In this document: in pieces, positions 1-8,628 of the stretch | Numbering within the stretch: the stretch's first letter is position 1 | How the letters are laid out: the number at the start of each line of letters is the position of its first letter | Assembly: GCA_965214605.1 (NCBI GenBank) | Contig: OZ243961.1 | Coordinates: forward strand, 2,144,001 to 2,208,000 | DNA length: 64,000 nt | Direction: 5' to 3' | Source: an uncultured Candidatus Binatia bacterium | GTDB taxonomy: Bacteria > Desulfobacterota > Binatia > Bin18 | Notes under the pieces: model-generated | The model's input: only the letters and a program-made list of their open reading frames with translations | Database searches by the model: none | Told to the model about the DNA's origin: nothing | Position numbers and translations under genes: made by a program

Positions 1-838
1 GGCTGTCGGTGACTAACAGAAAGCCTCGGGCATCTAGCGATAAACCGCAGTCGCGGAACACCGGCGCTGCCACAGCTCCGCTCAACCAAACGGTCAACCG
101 GGCAGGCATCACCCCGCCGTCGTCCAACTCAACCCCATCAGAGTGGACCCGACACACGGACCGACCAACATGAACCGCAATCTTTTTGTGATGAAGAATC
201 CGCTCGGCTCGACGGCGAAAGGCGGCGGAGTACCCGTTCAGAACAGCGGACGAGGACTCAAACAACGATACCCGGCAGGAACGCCCGGCTCGCGCCAGCA
301 CGGCTTCAAGTGCGCACGCTATCTCACAACCGGCCGCTCCGCCGCCAACTACTGCAATATGACAAACGCTGTCGTTTTTTTCTCGGGCTAGAGCCTCGAC
401 GCGCCAACGTAGATGGACAGCTTGAGAGAAGGGTTTGAGCAGGACCGCGTGAGATTTGACCGCTTCGACCTCAGCCCCCACAACTTGGGAGCCAAGGTTG
501 AACGATACCAGATCGTATCTGATGGAATCCCTCTCAGCCAGCCGAACCGTCCGCCGGTTCGGGTCGAGTCCAATCACGCGGGCCTTTATGAAGCACCCGT
601 TCGCCCGCCGGGTCAGGGCGGCAACATCAATCCTGATCGCCTCTTGCGGGTATATCCCAGCCACATAGCCGGGGATCATGCCCGAATAATGCTGGTAGTC
701 ATCTAAGGAAGCAACGGTCAGCTTGACATTCGGCAGAGGGGTGAGGATGTACCGCCGCAGCACTTCGAGATGGGCGTGGCCGGCTCCGACGAGGACGAGG
801 TGGGTGGGGTCGGACTGTCGTAGGTAATCAGATTGAAT
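1..838 (-). CDS. FAD-dependent pyridine nucleotide-disulfide oxidoreductase (NADH dehydrogenase-like, SelD-N-terminal type); runs off the window start
   Basis: Manual minus-strand translation, not in the ORF track: HLVLVGAGHAHLEVL, YSGMIPGYVAG, YDLVSFNLGS, IAVVGGGAAGCEIA; open to position 1. No ATG/GTG/TTG before the FAD motif; ATT at 836-838 follows AAGGAGG. Confidence 0.85.
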   Translation of the reverse strand, partial: MQSDYLRQSDPTHLVLVGAGHAHLEVLRRYILTPLPNVKLTVASLDDYQHYSGMIPGYVAGIYPQEAIRIDVAALTRRANGCFIKARVIGLDPNRRTVRLAERDSIRYDLVSFNLGSQVVGAEVEAVKSHAVLLKPFSQAVHLRWRVEALAREKNDSVCHIAVVGGGAAGCEIACALEAVLARAGRSCRVSLFESSSAVLNGYSAAFRRRAERILHHKKIAVHVGRSVCRVHSDGVELDDGGVMPARLTVWLSGAVAAPVFRDCGLSLDARGFLLVTDS

Positions 839-934
839 GACTCCCTCCTTCGCGCACCACTAAGGAATTTGAGCCTCTCCTTGCGCCTCAGCATGGGACA
901 CTCGCCGAGCCATTTCTCGTGTCGTCGTGGTGAG

Positions 935-2029
935 TCAGCTCTTCGTCAACTCCAGACCCTCGAACCACGGCAACACCAACTCTTCATTGATACTCGACGT
1001 ATAGGCGTGCCCCCAGTCGGCCAGTTCTTTGTAGGTCGCGTTGTAGCCAATGTGGCTGAGCAGCTCAGAGCCCTGCCGAATCGTAGCCACCGGGAAAATA
1101 AAATCGTGCGCGCCATGCACGATGTAAATCGGCAGGTCCTTGCCCTGCTTACGGCGCAGCATAGGATCCATCATCGCGTGGAAATCGCCCGCAATCGGGG
1201 CAATGCCAGTAAACATGTCCGGGCGGCTCAGGCCGAACATGTAGGTGAAGGTTCCACCGTCAGACAGACCGGACAGGTAGACCCGACTCTTATCGACCGC
1301 ATAGGTCGCACACACTTCTTCGAACATCTTGGTGATCGACTCAACATCGAGCGGCGGTTGGAGGACCGACCAGGTGACATCTATGGACTTGGGGGACAGC
1401 AGCAAATAGCCTTTACTCTTGGCTGGCCGCAGCCAGGCCCAAATATAGTCCTCGCCGCGCCCATAGCCGCCGTGCAGACAGATGATCAAGGGCCACTCTT
1501 TGTGCGGGCTATAATTCTCAGGCACGTATAGGGAATAGGCTGCATGGGCGTCAGTGCGCTTGGTATGCATCAGGCCAACCGGCACCTTGGCGTCGGGCGC
1601 CGGTGTTTCAAGGGCGTCTCGCTTTGGCAACGCTTCCGGCAGCAACCAGTACTCTTGGAGGGTCGGAGTGGAGAGCCGGACCTCGTATAGGAGATTCATC
1701 GCCTTGCACAAGGCCCAGCGACTGTGCAGGAAAGATATTGAGAAATCTTTGCCAGCAGGCTTTAAAAATGCCTCCGCTGCGTTGCCACATTGAACCAAGG
1801 CAGCCTTAAAGGTCGTGTGAAACTCGGTCAGTGAGTCCGGGGGCGAAAGCGTGGTCACCTCTTCGACCAGGGTCGAGAACATGTCACCAGTGACGTCTTG
1901 GAGCTGGGCCTGGGAGTCACCGACTTTGCTGAAGTGGATATGCTCTTGAATCGACTCAAAAGTCCGTAGAAAAAGGAGCAGCTTCTTCTCAGCCGTGTGG
2001 ATACCCTGAAAGTAGTGTTCGTCTGTCAT
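935..2029 (-). CDS. Phospholipase/carboxylesterase-like alpha/beta hydrolase with helical N-terminal extension
   Basis: CLHGGYG, nucleophile motif GLSDGG, VHGAHD, GH; GGGAGAG upstream. Confidence 0.8.
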   Translation of the reverse strand: MTDEHYFQGIHTAEKKLLLFLRTFESIQEHIHFSKVGDSQAQLQDVTGDMFSTLVEEVTTLSPPDSLTEFHTTFKAALVQCGNAAEAFLKPAGKDFSISFLHSRWALCKAMNLLYEVRLSTPTLQEYWLLPEALPKRDALETPAPDAKVPVGLMHTKRTDAHAAYSLYVPENYSPHKEWPLIICLHGGYGRGEDYIWAWLRPAKSKGYLLLSPKSIDVTWSVLQPPLDVESITKMFEEVCATYAVDKSRVYLSGLSDGGTFTYMFGLSRPDMFTGIAPIAGDFHAMMDPMLRRKQGKDLPIYIVHGAHDFIFPVATIRQGSELLSHIGYNATYKELADWGHAYTSSINEELVLPWFEGLELTKS

Positions 2030-2118
2030 CTCGCTCTCCCTTATTACAGTTTGCAGACGGACCCTAGCAACTGGACAGGTCCGACCGCAAGAGTCCGCGC
2101 AGCCAATAGTGCGACCGC

Positions 2119-2253
2119 TTAGCGGCCGACTTCGTCACCCTCATCTTCCATCGCAGCCTGGACAGCACGGGCACGGTCGTAGAGACGCTCAATCGCGCTG
2201 TGAGGCGGCAGGGCGCTCAGATCTTGAGCCCCACAGATTATCGTTGGCTTCAT
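2119..2253 (-). CDS. Possible 44-aa small protein (MKPTIICGAQDLSALPPHSAIERLYDRARAVQAAMEDEGDEVGR)
   Basis: Short open frame, co-directional with its neighbours; no family recognised. Confidence 0.25.
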   Translation of the reverse strand: MKPTIICGAQDLSALPPHSAIERLYDRARAVQAAMEDEGDEVGR

Positions 2254-2663
2254 TCCGATCGCTCATCCGTAGCCCACCCACCATCCGAGAGGTGAGAATG
2301 ACCTCGTAGCGGTTAATCGGCCGCTCACTGACCCCTAGATCTCAAGGGGGTCGTCATCCCCACGCGTTTCCCCTTCAGATAGCGCTGACCCGCCGCCCAC
2401 AATAGGGAGGAAGGATAAACCCCTATAAGGCGAAGTACTGAGCTGGGGGACAGATGGGCTCCCAGCTAGGGGGGGATAGCGAAGACGGCAGGGAGCAGGG
2501 ACCGGAAAAAATCGGAGCCGGTCAGGATTATCGGTTGGGTGTCTGGAACAGTGCCACTCTCGTCAAACATGTGAGGACACCCACGGTGCCATTGTAGACT
2601 CCTGCCCCCAGCATGAAACAGGTTCTCGTTTCTCGTCTCCCGGAACGGTGGCTGACGCCAGGC

Positions 2664-3512
2664 TCAGCCAGCTTCCCCGGCTTTCTCTGTCTCAATCACT
2701 CTGACCTCCACCGCGTGCTGTCCATGGCGCCCCTGGGCAATCTCAAAGGCGACCCAGGCTCCCGGTCTCAGGCTACGATCGCCCTGACCCGGAATACCAC
2801 TAAAGTGGACAAAGATCTCCTCGCCTTGCTCCGAGTGTATCATTCCCCGCCCACCGGCGAACCACACCACCCGACCCCGTCCCCGTCCAACTCTCTGCCA
2901 CGGTTTGACCGCAGCTTGTCCGTCCCAATACACGGCCGGAACGCGCACTGCTTTCACCCCGGGTGTATCCCAGGCGGCGTGTGAATAATCGGTCAGCTGT
3001 GCCTTGAGAGCCCGTATATCACGACGCAGCTCTTCCACGCTCGGCCGCCCGACCAGCCACCAGCCGTTATACACGCTGTGGATGGTCAGCTCCGGAGCCA
3101 AACATAGGGTATGCGGAATGGCCACATTAGGGTATTCCCCGTCGGTGTTATCGACGATGTCCAGCTGCTGAATCGCCCGCCGCTCGTGATCGCTCAGAAA
3201 AGGAAAGCGGGCACCCAAACCTGCCCGATAGGCGGCGGTGACAGCTGGCGTATCGGTGCTGATCGCCACCACGCGAGTTTTATTAAGTTCGACCTCGGGA
3301 TAAAAAGAGACCAGCTGGCTGAGCTGGAGACGATCTCTGGGACAGAAAAATCCGCGATACACCACAACGATCAGCGGTTGGCCGTGATCAAAGCCGAGGT
3401 GCCGGTCGAATTCGTCCGGGGCAGTCAGCTGCGATAGGCTGACGCGTCGACCGGTGTGGTCGGGTAGGGACAGATCGGGAAACTGAGCACCGACGTAAAG
3501 CGATGTAGACAT
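2664..3512 (-). CDS. Redoxin/AhpC-TSA-like domain fused to a C-terminal cold-shock (OB-fold) domain
   Basis: GAQFPDLSLPD...YRGFFCPRD...FPFLSD (peroxiredoxin-like); C-terminal GRVVWF...GMI...EEIFVHFSGI...RSLRPG..VAFEI..G..GQHAVEV (CSD pattern). Confidence 0.8.
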   Translation of the reverse strand: MSTSLYVGAQFPDLSLPDHTGRRVSLSQLTAPDEFDRHLGFDHGQPLIVVVYRGFFCPRDRLQLSQLVSFYPEVELNKTRVVAISTDTPAVTAAYRAGLGARFPFLSDHERRAIQQLDIVDNTDGEYPNVAIPHTLCLAPELTIHSVYNGWWLVGRPSVEELRRDIRALKAQLTDYSHAAWDTPGVKAVRVPAVYWDGQAAVKPWQRVGRGRGRVVWFAGGRGMIHSEQGEEIFVHFSGIPGQGDRSLRPGAWVAFEIAQGRHGQHAVEVRVIETEKAGEAG

Positions 3513-3525
3513 GTGTGTCTCCGAG

Positions 3526-3571
3526 AATGTGGTTCATCTCAACCTTAGCAGGAAGGAAGAATGAACCATAA
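3526..3571 (-). repeat. Leader hairpin element copy 1 (ATGGTTCAT...GATGAACCACAT)
   Basis: Inverted arms 3528-3537/3561-3570; same arms recur at 11951, 16754 and 52237. Confidence 0.7.
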
Positions 3572-3574
3572 TTA

Positions 3575-5707
3575 TTAGACCAACACCCGCGGAAACTCTT
3601 CCAACCAGCGTCGGCTAAAGACCAAAGCGTCATTGTATGCGGCCTCTAGCTCAATCATGACAAGAAATGTTCCCGCCGTGCAACTCAGCTTGATCGTGCT
3701 GTCGATCACAATCTTCCAAGCCGTCCGTTCCCACTCCAGGTGACGGCGCATCTGGGCCGTACAGCTCAGGGGATCGTCGTCTCGGACAGACAGATCTTTC
3801 GTATTTGTCTCGGTCATGCTCAGCCCCTGTCCAGTCAAGAAACTCGTGCCGGCGACCCGGGTGCTGAGTGTCGTCGTACCATCGACCAGATTGTGCCGAA
3901 CGGTGCATGAGCGTTCACCGTCTTCTGAGCGGACGGGGGCGGCCGGCACCTCGGGCGGAGCAAAGACCGGCGTCGGCAGAGCTGGAGACTGGGCCGGGAT
4001 GACAGGCAGAACAAGCTGAGAAGGGCGAACCGTGCCGTAGTACAGCCTCAGGATTACCGGACGCGGGGACGGCCAGACCAGCGGCCAGTCGGCTCCGGCT
4101 ATACTCAGCCGGAGCCGACGGCCCGGGGCAAAAACGTGGCAGATGCTGCTCAGCTCAAGACGGACCGGGTAGATCCGACCGGGCACTAGTGGGGTCGGCT
4201 GAGCGCGACTGTCCCGATGGGCCAGATTGAGCACGCCGCGGGTCACGAGCAGGGAAGAGCCGTCCGGACCGACATCGCACAGTTTGACCGCGAGCTGAGC
4301 GATCGGTTCTGAGGCTGCAACATACAGCTCTAGCTGGGGAAACCCCAAAATCTCCAGCGGCTCGGAAAGGGGTGGGGTAGTGAACGTCAACGAGCACGCG
4401 TCATCACAGCGTTGGTCACGTGGTAGACCGCTGGGCCGCAGTCCGGTACACCAAAACGGGGCGGCCAGACCGGGGATTGGGGGGCCTTGCCAGGAAAGAT
4501 GCTGCTGATCTCTTTCAAAGAGATCCTCGCTCTCTTCCTGTGATGGGAATTGGTCATCGATGGTATCTTTGCCCGCCTGGCGATCGGCCATCAACGACCC
4601 CTTTTGGTCCGGGGGCGTGTCCACCAGCGGTTCTGAAGCAAACGTTCCGGCTGGCCCTAAATACCAGGTCTGATAGTCGGTCCGAGCCACCGGCCATTCG
4701 ATTTCAGATCGCCAGTGACCGGGCGTGGTCTCGCGATACGGAGCGGGTGAGCGCGAGCCCTGGACCCACACAGTCAGCTTGGGCTCGTCCATGACACCGT
4801 TCTGAATCCCCTTAAGCCAGTAGTCCCACCAGCGCAGTATCTCTCGGAGATGATCAATCTGGGGACCGGGCCGCGCGACGTGCGGCATGTCGTGCAGCCA
4901 CGGACCGATGAGGCCCTTGCACGGAACGCGCAGGTGCTGCAACAGCTGGAGCACAAAATCCCGATAGCTATCGGCCCAGCCGCCAATGGCGAACACTGGG
5001 CACTGAATCGCTTCCCAGTCCTCACACAACGAGCCGTTTTGCCAGTAAGCATCGTAGGTTTGGTGGCGGAGCCATTCAAACGGCCATTGTGGGGTGTGCT
5101 CAAGCCGCTCCCGCCAGCGTGCGCACCACTCTTCACCCACGATTTCCGGCAGCGGCGGCAGAGCGTTTAAGGCCACCATACGGCCCGCCCAGGCGACCGA
5201 TTCGTTGACCGGTAGACAGCCTCCGTGGTAGTGTACGTCTTGTCCGTAGCGATCGACTAGGGCGTGGAGGGCAACAATCGCCTTGAGTTGGGGCGGATCG
5301 TGCATAGCGGTCTGAATAGCGCTAATCCCCCCGTAGGATGAACCGTACATACCGAGCTGGCCGCTACACCAGGGCTGATCGGCCAGCCAAGCCAGCACTT
5401 GCAGACAGTCGAGCTGTTCCTGGCGGGTGTACTCATTCTCGGCAACGCCCTCCGAGGCTCCACTCCCCCTGATATCAAGCCGGACCCCTACATAGCCTTT
5501 GCGGGCCAAATAGCTGTGGGTCCGCCAATCACGCGCGATTTTGTTGTCATCTTTGCGATATGGGTGAGCTTCAACAACGGCCGGAAACGGGCCGTCGTTT
5601 GGAGCGTCCGGCATGTACAGAGTGATGCCAAGCTTGACCCCGTCCGGCATGGGGACGGCGAGCTGGGGGATGACGCGTATCGGATAGTCGTCCGTAGAGT
5701 TTTTCAT
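3575..5707 (-). CDS. CocE/NonD family hydrolase (peptidase S15 / X-Pro dipeptidyl-peptidase-like)
   Basis: VPMPDGVKL, HPYRKD, DIRGSGASEG, GSSYGG nucleophile, GGWADSY, GPWLH, C-terminal PepX_C-like region. Confidence 0.92.
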   Translation of the reverse strand: MKNSTDDYPIRVIPQLAVPMPDGVKLGITLYMPDAPNDGPFPAVVEAHPYRKDDNKIARDWRTHSYLARKGYVGVRLDIRGSGASEGVAENEYTRQEQLDCLQVLAWLADQPWCSGQLGMYGSSYGGISAIQTAMHDPPQLKAIVALHALVDRYGQDVHYHGGCLPVNESVAWAGRMVALNALPPLPEIVGEEWCARWRERLEHTPQWPFEWLRHQTYDAYWQNGSLCEDWEAIQCPVFAIGGWADSYRDFVLQLLQHLRVPCKGLIGPWLHDMPHVARPGPQIDHLREILRWWDYWLKGIQNGVMDEPKLTVWVQGSRSPAPYRETTPGHWRSEIEWPVARTDYQTWYLGPAGTFASEPLVDTPPDQKGSLMADRQAGKDTIDDQFPSQEESEDLFERDQQHLSWQGPPIPGLAAPFWCTGLRPSGLPRDQRCDDACSLTFTTPPLSEPLEILGFPQLELYVAASEPIAQLAVKLCDVGPDGSSLLVTRGVLNLAHRDSRAQPTPLVPGRIYPVRLELSSICHVFAPGRRLRLSIAGADWPLVWPSPRPVILRLYYGTVRPSQLVLPVIPAQSPALPTPVFAPPEVPAAPVRSEDGERSCTVRHNLVDGTTTLSTRVAGTSFLTGQGLSMTETNTKDLSVRDDDPLSCTAQMRRHLEWERTAWKIVIDSTIKLSCTAGTFLVMIELEAAYNDALVFSRRWLEEFPRVLV

Positions 5708-5816
5708 ACCACCGTCTCTCTTGCTGTCTGTTGCAAAAAAAAGCTATCGTTGACGAGAGGCTCCTCAGGTCCAAGTAGAGTAGGCAAGAGACGCCCAGCA
5801 AACAAGGAGTACCCCT

Positions 5817-6620
5817 ATGCCCCAGGCGCGTATCGACGCAAGCTTAACCCTGTACTATGAGCTTGACGATTATACAGCTCCATGGACCAGCCCAGAGACG
5901 ATTTTGCTCATCCACGGTGTAGCGGATACGAGCAAAGCCTGGTTTGCCTGGGTGCCACGTTTGGCCCGACAGTTTCGCCTGGTCCGGCCCGACCTCAGAG
6001 GCTTTGGCCAGTCCACCGTTCCGCCGGCCGATTATGCCTGGTCGCTCAGTGGCTTCGCCCAGGATCTTAAGGGCCTGCTTGACCACCTAGGCATGAGTCC
6101 CGTCCATGTTGTCGGCCAACGGATTGGCGGCAGCGTCGCCATGCAGTTTGCTCATGACTATCCCGCGTGTGTCAAAAGCCTGACCGTCATCGGTGCTCCG
6201 GCCACCTTAGCCACCACCTCCTTGAATCCCGACGCCTGGCTTGAACAGGTGGAAAAGGAAGGCGTGGAGAGCTGGGCGCGGACCACCATGGATCGGCGTT
6301 TGGGCGATGTCAGTCCGGCTATGCGGGAATGGTGGATTCAAGAGATGGGCAAAGCTCCAGCTCAGGTCATGACCGGCATCTTTGCCTATGTCGGCGGCAT
6401 GGACATCACCCATATTCTCCGCCATATCCAAGCTCCGACCTTGGTCATCACCAGCGATAGAGGGGTGCTGGCGGCTGTTGAGACGGTCCGGGAGTGGCAG
6501 ACCCAGATTCCAAACTCTCGCCTGCTAGTCTTGCCCAGCACCGCCTATCACCTCGCCGCGGCCCTGCCTGACGCCTGCGCCGATGCCGTCCTGTCTTTCA
6601 TCGGAGAGCTACACACGTGA
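5817..6620 (+). CDS. Alpha/beta fold hydrolase (atypical nucleophile position)
   Basis: LLIHGVA, PDLRGFGQS, GQRIGG at the GxSxG site; AAGGAG RBS. Confidence 0.85.
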   Translation: MPQARIDASLTLYYELDDYTAPWTSPETILLIHGVADTSKAWFAWVPRLARQFRLVRPDLRGFGQSTVPPADYAWSLSGFAQDLKGLLDHLGMSPVHVVGQRIGGSVAMQFAHDYPACVKSLTVIGAPATLATTSLNPDAWLEQVEKEGVESWARTTMDRRLGDVSPAMREWWIQEMGKAPAQVMTGIFAYVGGMDITHILRHIQAPTLVITSDRGVLAAVETVREWQTQIPNSRLLVLPSTAYHLAAALPDACADAVLSFIGELHT

Positions 6621-7915
6621 CAGCGACGCTGAGCGACACGCCAGACAGTTTGTGGCTGACCGAGCCGTCTCCGGCCGCTCCGCCGCTGCACGGCCGGGCA
6701 CGGGCCAACCTCGCTATTGTGGGCGGCGGTATAACAGGACTGAGCGCCGCTTACCATTTCAAGCAGCGCTATCCGAACAAGCATGTTGTGGTGCTTGAAG
6801 GGCAGCGGATCGGCTTTGGGGCAAGCGGGCGCAGCAGCGGATTTATCTCCCGGGAATATCACGGCTGGGACAGCCTCTTTTTTCGCAAGGGAGCGGCTGC
6901 TGTCGAACCCTACGCCCGGTACGCCGAGCGCGGCTATAGGCATCTGGTCCACACCATTAGACAGGAAGCGATTGAGTGCGACCTCCGGGAAAGCGGCGCG
7001 CTGCGGCTGGCCAAAAAAGACGCTGAGGTGCGGACGCTAGAGAAACAGGTGCAGGCCTACGCTCAGTTCGGCAAATCCGTTCAGCTGTGGCGGGGCCAAG
7101 ACTTAGCCGCAAAGATCCGCTCGGAGTTTTATCCGGCCGGAATTTTCCTGCCCCACTGGGCAACTCTGCATCCGGGCAAGCTCGTCCGGGGTCTCAGAAC
7201 CGCGGTCGAGAGGCTGGGCGTCCACATCTACGAGCACACTCCCATACAGCGGCTCCAGCAGGGCAAACCGGTCGCGCTGATCTGCCCAGACGGCCAGATC
7301 AGCGCCGACACGGCCATTGTCGCCACCAACGCCTACACGCCTCAGCTGGGCCTCTTCAAGCGTATTCTGATGCCCCTCCATCTCTACGTTATCGTGACCG
7401 AACCGGTGGACGAGACCGTCATTGGTCATGGCGCCTGGACGAGCCTGCCGGGTCGGTATGAAATGGACGCCAGCCATACCATTCGGCTCACCCCCGACGG
7501 GCGCCTGCTGATCAGAGGCGGCGCCCGTTACGACTACAACAGCCGGGTCACCTATCGTCACCAGCCCAGGGCGTACCAGCGCTTGGCCGAGCGACTCGTC
7601 GAACGCTATCCCTATCTGGGCAGCGTCCACGCCGCCCATAGCTGGAGCGGCGTGATGGCGCTCACCCGCGCCCACACACCGCTGCTGGGGCGGCTGCAAA
7701 ACGACAATAGTGTCCTGTTCAGCGTCGGCTACAACGGCTTCGGTCTAGTGAGTGGATTTTATGCCGGCAGGTTGATGTGCGAGCTGTACGCAGCTCAACC
7801 CAACCCGGATGTGGCCCTGATGTCCTCACCGACCAAGACCGGCTGGATCCCACCCGAGCCCCTGCGCTATGTGTCCATAAATCTGTCTCTGGCTCTCCGA
7901 CATCATCTTTTGTGA
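6617..7915 (+). CDS. FAD-dependent oxidoreductase, DAO/PuuB(OrdL)-like
   Basis: IVGGGITGLSAA, GFGASGRSSG, LHPGKL, ATNAY, GYNGFG; GTGA overlap with the upstream gene. Confidence 0.9.
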   Translation: MTATLSDTPDSLWLTEPSPAAPPLHGRARANLAIVGGGITGLSAAYHFKQRYPNKHVVVLEGQRIGFGASGRSSGFISREYHGWDSLFFRKGAAAVEPYARYAERGYRHLVHTIRQEAIECDLRESGALRLAKKDAEVRTLEKQVQAYAQFGKSVQLWRGQDLAAKIRSEFYPAGIFLPHWATLHPGKLVRGLRTAVERLGVHIYEHTPIQRLQQGKPVALICPDGQISADTAIVATNAYTPQLGLFKRILMPLHLYVIVTEPVDETVIGHGAWTSLPGRYEMDASHTIRLTPDGRLLIRGGARYDYNSRVTYRHQPRAYQRLAERLVERYPYLGSVHAAHSWSGVMALTRAHTPLLGRLQNDNSVLFSVGYNGFGLVSGFYAGRLMCELYAAQPNPDVALMSSPTKTGWIPPEPLRYVSINLSLALRHHLL

Positions 7916-8244
7916 GGAAGGCTAGGCACTCTCAATCGAAATCCAAAAGAGGAGAAACGCTGCTCTCTCAGAGCGTCTCTTCGGTCTTTCCTTTAACACT
8001 CCGGCTAGGAGCCGGCATTGTCCACAGCAATGCCCATCTCCAGTGCGACTTCTTCAGCGGTATACGGCTAGGACGCTCCGGTTCGGCAGACAGAATCAGA
8101 AGCTCGAGGACTCCTTGGTAGCAGGCAAAGTCTGCCGCCTGGCTGAAAGGCGTCGGTGTAACGGCTTACTGAGGAGGCGCATCCGTCAGCGTGGCACGAA
8201 CGCTGACAGATTCTCCGTCCCCTCATACGTACAGGAATCGCTGG

Positions 8245-8277
8245 TAAGAAGGGGGAGACTCAGGCTGCCTCTTCTTA
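8245..8277 (-). terminator. Hairpin directly after the NIPSNAP stop, probable terminator
   Basis: TAAGAAGGGG / CCTCTTCTTA inverted arms. Confidence 0.4.
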
Positions 8278-8280
8278 GAT

Positions 8281-8592
8281 TTACTGCAAAGGCGAAAAAC
8301 CAGCCGGTGTCAGAATCTTGTTGTACTGGCTGACAATCATCGCCTGAGCGCGGGGCCGGAAGGTCTGAAGGGCGGGGTCATTGCCCTGAGCGGCCCGGGC
8401 TTGGGCGCGGTGGTTCAGGTCTTCATAAGCCCAGATATGGACCACCTCGTTGAGCGGCCCGACCTCGGTCGACCACCAGCCTATCAGCTTGGAGTATTTG
8501 CTGATGACGGGCAGGGCTTCCTGCTCTATCAGGGCTTGAAACTCCGGGACCTTGCCCGGCTGTAAGGTGTACACTCGCATTTCGTAGATCAT
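8281..8592 (-). CDS. NIPSNAP family protein
   Basis: IYEMRVYTLQPG...TEVGPLNEVVHIWAYEDLNHR...SPLQ; AAGGAGG RBS. Confidence 0.93.
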   Translation of the reverse strand: MIYEMRVYTLQPGKVPEFQALIEQEALPVISKYSKLIGWWSTEVGPLNEVVHIWAYEDLNHRAQARAAQGNDPALQTFRPRAQAMIVSQYNKILTPAGFSPLQ

Positions 8593-8628
8593 ACGACATC
8601 CCTCCTTTGGATAGTGGTTTACTGCTGG

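Noticed and set aside
2109-2130. GTGCG as a group II intron 5' end
   Set aside because: No domain V/VI or RT follows; a 5-mer is expected by chance.
8600-8628. Possible fifth leader element (TAAACCACT before the NIPSNAP RBS)
   Set aside because: Only a partial arm, with no complementary partner.
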